This document shows positions 40,067-52,000 of a stretch of DNA of 64,000 nt, piece after piece (positions within the stretch are counted from its first letter, which is position 1; each line of letters opens with the position of its first letter). The stretch is from a virus (lineage: Duplodnaviria > Caudoviricetes). The DNA is taken from positions 96,001 to 160,000 of IMG/VR virus record IMGVR_UViG_3300005611_001698. One strand, written 5' to 3'. The translations under genes were made by a program, and so were the position numbers. The notes beneath the pieces were generated by a model. The model worked only from the letters and a program-made list of their open reading frames with translations. It did not search any database and was not told the origin of the DNA.

Positions 40067-40074
40067 TATTTATG
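40067..40074 (-). promoter_or_regulatory. Late promoter CATAAATA (g8)
   Basis: Contains the g7 TAA stop codon. Confidence 0.7.
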
Positions 40075-43000
40075 TTAGGTATCCAACTGATTTCAGAGGA
40101 GTTTTTCTAAGAACAACAGGACCAGTTGATATTCCGGTAAACCCATCATTTAACTCTGGTGTAAATGATTTAGCAACCCCAGCTCTAGTAAAGTTTCTAA
40201 GTTTGCCCCAACTATATCTACCAAAGAAATCGCTATAACCAAGTCCTGTTAGGGAATTATAATCTTGAACACTTACGGTTACCTTTGCAACATATGTTGC
40301 TCCAAATCCAACTGCCTCAGTTGTTGCAATGGAGACAGAAACTGCCTCATAGACATTATCCAAGAAAGTAGTTCCTATTCCAAGAACAGATCCACCAAGA
40401 TCAAGAGATGTTACTCCATTTCCAATATTTGAATCAAATACAACAAATGGATATCCAGCAGCAATATTTGTAATCGTTTGGATTCCGGAAGGACCAACAT
40501 ATGCTGAACTTCTTAACGGAGAATCATTTGGAATCAATAAATCAAATACTATTCCAGTAGATGCTAAACCAACTGAAGTAGTTGCGATCCCTGTAATAAC
40601 TCCAAAATCGCCAGAATACTCAACTCCAGTCATCTCCTCTTTATCAAATATTGGTGGAGATATGAGAACGACTGGTGGATTTGTAAATGTATATCCTGCA
40701 CCAGCATTAGTAACTGTTATTGAAGTAACGGCAGTTCCGGTGATTGATGCGGATGCTGTTGCTCTTGTATCCGATCCAAATCCAACACTATTGGCAATGG
40801 ATACCAGAGGAGTTGCTGTGTATCCAAGACCACTATTTGTAACTGATATTGAGAGAACAGTTCCAAACCCAGAAATCACAGCCGTGGCAGCTGCCGCAAT
40901 TTTACTTCCTTGTTCAAATATATCAATTATCTGCTTCGCATCTTCAAGAGATTCATTATAAGAATCAAAAAATGGAAGAACATTGTCAACCCAAATCTCA
41001 GTTGAACCAAGACCAACAGGTTTGATAATATGAGTTTCTGGGAAGATATTTGCTTCATAGAGGATTCTATCTTTGGTAACTGACTGCCCATCAAAGAAAA
41101 GATCCTCTTGTTGTTTGCACCATATCATTGGTCTTTGAATAGTAATATCTGTTGTAAGACCAACACCAGAGTATAGATTTGTATTGAATCTGTCGGAGGT
41201 ATTAATACCAGTTACAAATCTGGATTCTTGTTCAAATGCGAATGAATTTAAATCATCGCCAGAAGTAATTCTAACTGTATCTCCAACCTTTATAGTTTCA
41301 ATAATATCTTTACTGACAACATCAATATCACCAGTTCCTTTATAGAAAAGAATAGAACATGTATCGCCAACTTTTGGTGCCTCAGCGAAAGTAATATTTG
41401 ATCCACCAGAGAACTGATATGCAATACCAGGTTCTTGTAATACATTGTTAAAGAAAACGAGAATTGTTTGTTCGATGTCAATTAATGATCCTCTTGCTGC
41501 TCTGATTGAAACAGAAACCTCTTCTTTTTTGAGAGTAAATACCTTGGTTTCTCCATCAAAGAAAGGATCTAACTTATCAAGTACATCAAGATCACCAAAT
41601 CTCCATCCAGTAAACTTATCAGAATCAACTCTATCAATATTAATTCTAAATTCACTGAATCCTGCCCCAACAGTTGAATCGGTTGGGATACCAGTTATAC
41701 CACCTGATGGGATTGTGAGGATTTCTCCATCTTTATATCCATATCCACTGTTGATGATTTCAAAGTTTGTGACACTTGAACCAAGTGAAACTTGAATATC
41801 GACATAAGCATTTGTTCCAATTTGAGTTCCAGGAGAATCTGGATGATAAATCAGAGGAATGCGAGTATATGGAGTTGGGTTATCAAATACAACAATAGGT
41901 GGATTGCTAAACGTATATCCAGTTCCTGGATTAGTAATCGATACTCCAACAACATTTCCGTTAGAAATAGTTGCGGTTCCAATCGAAACTACATCAACTG
42001 TATCAAGATCAGTAGTTCTCAGACCAACATTGTAAGTAAGTTCCTGAACAATGCCGTTTAAAGTTGCGATACCAGACCTATATCCAGAACCACTATTTCC
42101 AATACTAATAGAGGTTACTGTTCCAAATCCAGAAATATTAGCCGTACCACCAGCAGCAACTAAAGGTTGGTATCCAAAACCTTGTGTTGATCCAACAGAA
42201 ACTATAACACCACCAACAGGAACTGATCCTGTATTGACATCATTACTTACAGAAGCACCAAAACCACTGAATACAATTGATGTAATTCCAGCATTCTCAG
42301 TAAACGCAAAATCATTAATTCTGGATCCTTGAGAGGGAATCTGAGCGATATCATTTATTAGAATGAAAGCATGGTTTGTGCTAAATCCAGAGACATTTGC
42401 TTCATCTTGTTTGATCGCAAATGTTTTTCCGACACCAGTTAGCTGTGGAGAAATCGAATCAAAAAGATAGTTCGTTGCATAAGTATGGGTACTTGATCCA
42501 ACAACACCATTTCTGAGGAAAGTTCTTCCTTGGAAAGTTGATGATGTTTGAATACCAGTCCAATCAATCTCATCTGGATCAGTTGCATCTTCTGGCGGTT
42601 GAATACCATTTGGTGCAGTATAGAAATTAATAGTATTATCAACAATATTATAAGAACCTTCATATTTTTCAACTAATGTCCCACTTGGATGAGTAGAAAG
42701 TCCAGTGCCCATCCACGCTCTCTTTACAAGGAGAACGTTAGTGCTGCCAAATCCAACTTGATCAACTCGCATAAACTCATCTTCAACCTTTAATAAGTCA
42801 CCACCAAAGAATGAAGAAACTCCAGAAAGTCTTATAAACTGACCACCAAAACTCATATCCTCGATAAGAGTATGTTCAATGTTTCCTGGAATTACAGGAT
42901 CTTGAATATTATTATCAAGTGCGATTATACATTTGGTATTTTGATCCTGAGCAGTAAATGTATGAGAAGTTCCAATACCAACTGTTGTTAGGTCAAGATA

Positions 43001-46000
43001 GTTTCCTGATGCAGATGCTAGAGCATCTTCAGGAGTTGCTGCGAGACGAATTGATTTATCATCTATTTTAATAGCATAGACATAATCTGGAAGTTTATCC
43101 GTAGATCCATATCCAGAAATAGTTGTAGTGGCAATTCCAATAGCAGAGGTATTACCAGTTCCAGTTGGATTATATGTCAATCTCTCTCCAGAAGTGAAGA
43201 AGTGATTTGGTAAAACAACCAAATCATTATTTGTATCGACAATCAATGAATCACTGGCATCAAATGATTTAACAAATATTGGATCACCACCATGAAAAAG
43301 ACCAAATGCTCTTCTGACATCTGCTTGAGTATTTGTATAGGTTCCCTCAATACCTTCAATTCTAGTATCCTGGATGTCAATATAATTGATTTGTTCCACA
43401 CCACCTTTAACATGAGCAGCTGAAGTTACAAATGTTTTTGCGATTACATTTGTAGATACTGGTGGTGTGTAAACAACATTATATTTTCCGCCAACGGAGT
43501 TACTGCCAATAGTTCCAATTCCTGTATTTAAATTATCACTATCATCATCGACAGAACCAAATAAAGTTTGATACGTAATGCCATCAGTGTCGGATAAGAA
43601 AATACCTTCAACTAACTCATACCGGTCATTGGTAACATCATGAAGATGAATAATAACATAAGCACCGTCCTCATCAACAGTTGTATTATTTCCAAAATTG
43701 GCGATTGTGGTAATACCAGGAGAACCAGAAGATGGCACATTAGTATATTGTGCTCGTAAATCTCCATTAGTAAGTGAGATTGTTGCAACTCCTACTGTTG
43801 AAACTCCACTTAGGAAAGATGTTTTAAGAATATTAAAAGTAACTGCTGCTCCGACATAATCAGACGAAGGAGTAAAGTTAATATAAAGAACTCCGCCACT
43901 AATGTTTGATCCGAATGTGCCAATATTTGGGGATGAGGTGATGTTTAAATCAGCATCTCCAATGTTTCCATATTCAACACCATAGACTTCATTATTATTA
44001 TGAAGAATATTTAAATCAACAACCTCATGTGTATGATTAGTGTCCATCTGAATCATGAACTTATGTGAGGCATCAAAGGACGCAGTTGGGAAACCAACAA
44101 TATTAACAGCAGTGGAACCTGCTGATATTTGACAACCCCTTGCACTTATCTCAACGATATCTCCAATAGTTGTAACTCCTACGAGAGTTGAAAGACCAAC
44201 AGCAGAGTGAGTATCTCTATCGATATTATAAACTAACCCATGAATGTCATAGTTATTTGTATCATATTTTTGTGGGTAGAATAAAAGTTGACCTTCACTT
44301 CCAAGAGCTTGGAAATCAAAATATCCATTAAGATCCGATGGTCCATTAACGATTGCATATTCTTGAATATACCCATTAATGCCATCATCAAGAAGAAGTT
44401 CAACAATTTGCATTCTTCTTTCGCCAAGGAACTGAGTATCCTCAGTCATCAAGAAGTATTTTCTATATCGAGTTCCAGCAAGAGGGAATGTATCGATTAT
44501 AGAATATCTTGTTGCTCTTGGAGTATTATTAAATTCATCTGAAAAATTATCGATACTTAATACTCTATTTCCAACTGACTCTTCGTAATCTGTCAGTGCA
44601 ATAGTACTTGTTAGGATCTCGTCAGAGAAAAATGATCCAGATATAAATTTGTTTGTTTCAGAAACTAGATCAAAATCATATCTACAATATGTTTCTACCT
44701 CTGAAATGAGATCAAGTAACAACTCTATGTTACTTGAAGAAATGCCAACGGATTTGAATGTTTCATCACGAGATTCAATTTGTAGATCTGAGAATTTTTT
44801 GAATCCAATAGTGTGATCCATAGACGACACAATATCATTCCAAGTGTCATACGCAATTTTTGATTTTAATGAGTATGAAAAATATTGATAATAATCACTG
44901 TCAATCAATCTTTGCTCATTAGTACTTGGTTTGCCAGTGTCTTTTTCCCATCCCTTTATGACAGGTGGAGCAGCTTCAATATCGTACAGAGAATCTACAT
45001 TGATCTTATCAGAAACTTTTGCAATGGTCCCAGAACCAAGACCTTTAATATCATCGCCGGTTAAAATTTCTTTATTGCAGTTGATTTTTAAGATCTTGTT
45101 CGCGTTATCCCAAGTAGAAACCTTTCCATATTTTTGCTCATTTATATTTGTTATAACAACTTCTTCACCAATAGAAAAATCATTTTTCTTGAGAACTGGA
45201 TTGAAAACTGGAAAATCCTCAAATGGAATGACCCTACCAGAAGATCTAACAGTTGAATATGTTCCTGGATTAGAAACATTTGCATCAAGTTTATAAGTAA
45301 CCGATCCAATACCACCAATATTTGCGTCAATGTTAGTAATTTCAAAGAACTTGTAGTTATAGTCTACTGAGTTATATCCAGATCCAGTAGATGCTATTCC
45401 AACACCTTCAACAAAAATTTTGTTCCCAACAGAAAATGGAAATGATCCTACTGTTGAAAATCCAACGTTCAACTGAAGTGTTACTTCTTTTGTAATAGTA
45501 TTAAAACCAACTGTATTAATTCCGACACCATTTGAGTTGTTGATCGTAATAATCGATGGATTAGTGTCAGAGAGATTTTTTGCGTTTTCTTTTATGTTTA
45601 CCTTTGATACAGATCCATTTCTTACTTCTGCTTGAAGAATGACATTTTCAATCTTTTTATTTGTTATGGTGTCAATAACTACAAGATTTGGGGCAATATT
45701 GTATCCATTACCACCAGAACTAATCCCAATACTTTCAAAAGAACTTAATTCCTCAACACGCAAAATTTCTGGTGTATTTGCAATAACTTTTAAAGTTGGA
45801 TCAAAAGAGTAGTTATAACCATTATTTTTTGTTCTAGTTCTACTGATAGAACCCATAGTTCCATTCAATCTAATCAAAGCATTGGAACCAGTGGTTGATG
45901 CAATAGAGGTAATCCCTGGAAGATTTTCGTAATTTACATTACTATTTTTTATATTGATTGAATCAATAGGTCCAGTTGCATTTTCTGATTTATGAGTGTA

Positions 46001-49000
46001 ATAAAACTCTCCATCAGAAGATGTATATGATGTTGATTCTGGTTTTTCTGTAAGATTAAATTTGAATATCGTCGTACCGATACCAGTTGGGTATTCATCC
46101 ACTTGATATGAACTGTTGATAACTCCGATATTGTTAGCAGAGTCTTGCTCAGTATCAATCAATATTTCAGTTTTTGATGTTGGTGCAATATCAACATTAA
46201 TAGGTGTAAACTTATAATACAAGTTGTTCGGAACGAGAGAATTAGTTCTCAAACTAATGACAGCTGGATCTGTAACTCCAATCGTTCCTATCCCACTTAC
46301 TTCAAAATTTCTTGATAGTCCAGTAGTTTTAAACTCATTTCTAAAATATGGGTCAGTATAGAAGTTCAACTTAAAAGCTGAAAATGTTGATCCAGAGGAA
46401 GTAACTGATAGAGATGTGTCCGTAACAGCAAAAGATACTGTATTACCTCTTACAACTTCAATTTTTGGATTTATTTTTGAGATAAAGTGTTCTCCAGATC
46501 CAGTGCCACCAATAGAGATTGGTGTTGGATTTGGTCCAAGCGAATCAACTTTGTTTGCTGCTAGTTTAATATTATTTGAATCAATTTCAATGGCATAATA
46601 CATCCTTTGATCGGTTAAACCAGTTGGAGCAGATCCTCCTGTTGTATAAACAATCTTATCACCACTTATCAAATCATGATTCTGAATATTAATCGTGTCA
46701 GTGGATGTTGTGATTGCAGATGGTTCGAACTTCTTTCTATCAAATACGATTCTTCTGTTATAATCATTAAATTGAACAAACACGGTTTGCGTGTTATTTG
46801 GAAGTGGGACAAGTCTAATATTATCTTGGAAACTTAGTCCATGAGGTTCTTCTGTGGTCAGAGTTGCTTCATATACATTTACATCAGCAGTAATTGGTCT
46901 ATTTACTTTTTTAAAGCTATGTGTTACACCAGAACCAACAGATGTAAATGAAAGTTGGATTGCTGTTGATCCTAAACCAACAAAAGAACCTGTAGATCCT
47001 AACCCAACCTTAGTTGTTGAAATACCAAGAAGATCAGTAGAGTTTTTAATTGCATATACAGTTAACTGATCAGAGAGTACAAAAGTTCCAATACCGTCAG
47101 ATACTTCAATCGAAGTTCCTCCACCATTAGAATAAATCAACTCATCACCAGTATTAAATGAGTGATTAGGAATTAAAATAGTATTGATTGGTATGATCTT
47201 ACTTGTATAAGCAGTTCCTGGTTGATAGTTAGTATTTTCTTGAAGGTGTGGAGGAGCAATATTATTAATCTTATGATATGAAATCGTAGTTCCAACACCA
47301 ACAACAGCGGTGGTTCCAAGTCCAACTACTTCTGATGGATCAAAATATCTCTGGAAAGTTGGTGGATTACCAATATACGTATTAAATCCAACTCTGAAAC
47401 TAAAGGTGCTTTGAAATTCAATGGCAATTGTTCCCGCAGAATAAGCAGTTCCGACAGTTCCGTTGTGATTTCTTTGAACTCTCATTACAGAGTTAAGAGG
47501 ATCAACATTCAAAACTTTCAATTGCTCAAGGTTTTCAGCAGAAACTCCAATACCAATGATTGTATTTTCTCTTACATAAAGAGGATCATATGGACCAGAA
47601 AGCGCGATGTTGGTTGTTAATCCAGTATTTGCTGGTGTATCCAGATACTGCTCTAAAGTCCAAATTCTTTGAGGATTGAAAATATTTTTAGTGCCATTTA
47701 AGTTGGCATATGATTGCGTGGATAATCCAGAAACAACTACTCTGTTCTTGTTTTCAAAATTGTGTGGAGAGGTGCAATATCCAATAGCAAGACCACCACC
47801 AACAAATAATTCTGCATTCTCAGATGTTATCGTCGATGAAGCTATTGAAACTATTTCTTTACCTCTAATTCTACCTACACTTATTCTAGATTGTCTTCCA
47901 TATTTTGGTTGACCATCCAAATATACAATATCACCACTCTTATAACTGGTTCCAGCAGAAACAATATCAAAATCAGTAATCTCACCTCTTCTTGTAGATT
48001 CAATTACAGAAATCTGCCTTTCATCTTTTAAAGAACTATTGATGTATTCATTAAACCCATAAACATCACTTGTTTTTGATGGCTTAGTATTTCTGATCAA
48101 CGTCGAATATTCATAATCAATTTGATTGATCTGTCTATTGTAGTTAAAAGTATCTGGTTTTGATTTAAAAGTATCTCCGATTACATATGGGAACTGTGGC
48201 CTCTTATAGTTTTTAAAACTACCATCACTATCAACTTGTCCAGGATTTACTGTGGTAAAATATGCATAAACACCATCTGGATAATCTGGGGTCTTTGTAA
48301 ATCTTCCATTGTGTTCATCAAGATCTCCATTGTCAGTAAATGAATAGTCCTCGACAAAAAATCCATTTGAAAAACCTGGTGGTCTATCTGGACTTGGATT
48401 TAACTCATATCCAGATTCCATCGCCTTAATAGGACCACCTTCAATATTGTTATAACCATATGGACCATAAATCGGATGTCCATCAAAGGACCATCCAATG
48501 ATTGGTGAGTGATTTTTTGAATCTACTTCAAGACCATTTTGTTTGATCAAATCGAAAGTGTCTACACCATAATTTGGATTTCCACTCTCATTTCTACTAT
48601 AAATGATCTCTCTAAGCGCCCTGGGAGCACTTAGAGACGAATAAGAACCCTTTGAGTATTGATTTGTGCTTCTAGACAAAATACCATCATCTACACTCAA
48701 TTTTCTTCTCTTTTTCTCAAATTCGTTTACATTCCATCTTCTAATCGAAACTCTTGCTTTTGCTCCAATTCCCGTTGGAATAACCTCGACAAAAGTTGTG
48801 CTGGTTGTAAATCCAGATCCACCATTATTTACTTTAACTGAAGTTATAGATCCATTTGTTATAACAGGAGTTAAACTTGCATCTTTACCAGATCCAGATA
48901 TTTTTAAAGTTGGGGATGAGTTGTAACCATATCCACCATTTAGAACAAAGACTTCTGATATCCTACCACCCTGAATAATAGGTTTGAGTTGTGCAGAACT

Positions 49001-52000
49001 TCCATTCTCAAATGTTATTAAAGATTGACGCTCAAAATTTAAAATATCGGAACATCCATATCCAATACCACCCTTTTCCAGATTAATCTTATAAATGCTT
49101 CCTCTAAAGTTCGGTTTAACAGTTGATTGGAAGGCAATATTGTTAGTGGTTCCAATACCAATATTGCCAGAAATATTAACTGCTATTTGTGGATAGTTAA
49201 AGATGTGAGTTCCACCAGTTCCAACACTTTGTAGATCAACAAATATTTTGTTATCAAAGTTATAATAAGATGCTGTTGTGCCAATACCGGCGGATGATAA
49301 CTTAAAGGATCCATCATCAACTTTGGTAACCAAATAGTTCTGGTCAGTTGTTAACCCACTGATTTGAGATCCTTCATATTGATATTTGATGATTTCTCCT
49401 GTGGAAAACCCATGATCAATAAAATTAATCTGATCTTTACTTGTATTAATACCAGAAGAGGACACTCTAATTTGATTATTTGAATATCCAGATCCACCAG
49501 ACTCTACTGATATTGATGAAAGTATGTTTTTCTTTTTAACCGAAGTGAAATATTGATTACCTGATCCAAATGTAGTAATATTAATCGTACCAACTCCTGC
49601 CAAAGCAGATTTTTGATCACGGTGTAAAGTAATCTCAGTAAGAGATTTAGCATTTACATAATAGATAGAGTTATTTGAAAGATATGCATCTCTTATTTGA
49701 GATCCAACTGTACTACCAATACCAATAGGTGTTTGTGAATTTGAGTTATAAACAACTCCATCGCCATCTCTAAGGCGATGATATGTGCTGAATCCAATTA
49801 CATTTGTAGATGTGGAAATATAACTTGCTCCTGCACTCACATCAGTAAAAACTACCGTGTTTTCTGATCTAAGATTTGCTTTTGCCTTTGCACCTTTTCC
49901 ATTTCCACCAGATATAGTGATTATTGGTTCAGAAATAAAATCATATCCACTATCAATAACCTCAATAGAATCCAGAGAACCACGCACAGAAGCAGTTGCT
50001 GTTGCACCAGTTCCAACAGAATCTGAGATTATAATATTCGGTGGATTAATAATATCGTAATTTGATCCACCAGATAAAACTTTTACACCAGTTAAGTTGC
50101 CATAATAACAGTAATCATTTGATTTATAACTTAAAATATCAACACCATTAATAAAAACTCCAACATTTCCAGGATTCGTTTTTACTTTATTTTCTGGAGT
50201 TTCAATGAAAACTGGAATTTTTCTAACTCCATATGAAGAATCTAGTTGATATTCATAAGAGTTGATCGGATATATTACTTGATTACTTGCAATACCACTA
50301 ACATTAACAAAGGCATTATTAAAAATATCTGCTTTGGATTCGGATAATTTAAAATTACTTGGATCAACTCTTTTCACAAAATATCTACCCTCAATCAAAT
50401 CTCCAAGATTTCTGACTGTGGTAATGGCAACCGGTTCTCCATATCCAGTTAATAACTCTACAAATTTGTCTGGCTGATAATAAACCTCATCACCAGTGTA
50501 AAGACCATGATCTGGATAGTTAATGGTATCTCCACTTACAATGTAAGGTGAGGTTGCACTATTTCCATTATCCGTAAGGACAATATTTTCACTTTTAACA
50601 TTAATTGGATTCTGATATGACGGTAAAGAGTGTGACGCAAAATAAACAGAGTCGTTCTCATCATAAAAAGATTTAATGACATTAGATGGCAAATAGTTTA
50701 CACCATCATTTTGAGAACTTACCTTTCTGATAAGTCTTCGTACATCTCCACCAAGTTGCGGATCAAATCCAGATAAACCAGAAACATCAAAAATAAAATC
50801 AGAGATAATATTATTGACCACACCACTTGTTTCTAATCCTCTTGTTGTTATAACTTGAATAGAATCTCCAATTTGAAATCCATGAGGTTCAAAACTTTCA
50901 ATCTGATAAAGGGAGATAATATTTGGGTTTTGTCCAAGTTGATTTTGATTTAAAATACGTGATGTTTTGATTTTAAATCTACATGTCTCATTATGAATCA
51001 AAGAGTCCATAACTTTGTTGGACTTTGCATAACCGAGAGATTGGTTTTTGATTACATCACCAGGCGTAAAATATGGCGTATCAATATCCGTTGCCTTTAT
51101 TTTATATCTACCAAGAGAACCTTTGATTTTAAATTCATATTCTGTATCATCATCGAGAACTACATACGAACTCGTATTTTCAAATACCTCTTGCTGATCA
51201 ATGATAATATCTGTAACACCGTCAATATCTAAAAACTGAGTTGTATTTTTAGAGGAATATGTTACAATACCAGACTCTCCAGATTGATATCTTACTAAAA
51301 GTTCCCCAGTCTTAGGAAACCCAATTGTTGACTCAACATCAAAAAATGTAGATCCAGAACCAATGTTTCCAACTATTTTGGTTTGTTTGTCTATCTTGAA
51401 ATCCCCGTAAACAGATCCAAATGTATTTGTATCTTTATTTTCGACAAAATCAATATCAATCAGATAAAAAGTTTTATCTTCTCTAAAAATTCTTTCAATA
51501 TCTACAATCGAACCATATGATGTAATATTACCATTTCCATCTCTTTGATAAAGGGTTCTTGCAATAAGACCAGACAAATATTGTTGTGATATATCAACTT
51601 GACCTGGAAGAGGTTCTGCACATAGTCTAATAACTCTTCTATAAGAAGCATCAGATGGAATGAACAGATTATCTTGTGGTTTTAAAACTTCAACCTCATC
51701 ATTATATAAAGCTCTAAAAAGAATCTCAAAAGAATCTGGTGTTCCCTTTGATTTGTAAAAATCTACTGCTTGTTTTATAAAATTAGATGGTCTTAAACCT
51801 TTATATAAATCTACTTCTTCAAGACCAGGTAAAAACTGTGCTTTGATTTTTTTGAAAAACTCTTTTAAAAATAAAGATGAAAGATTAAGTACCTGATCAT
51901 CTTCAAAATGCTCACTTGCATTTGTATCTTCAAAGATTAGTTCATCGGGACCATTGTTGCTATGATAACTTGTGATGCCACTAAAACCCCTGATACATCC

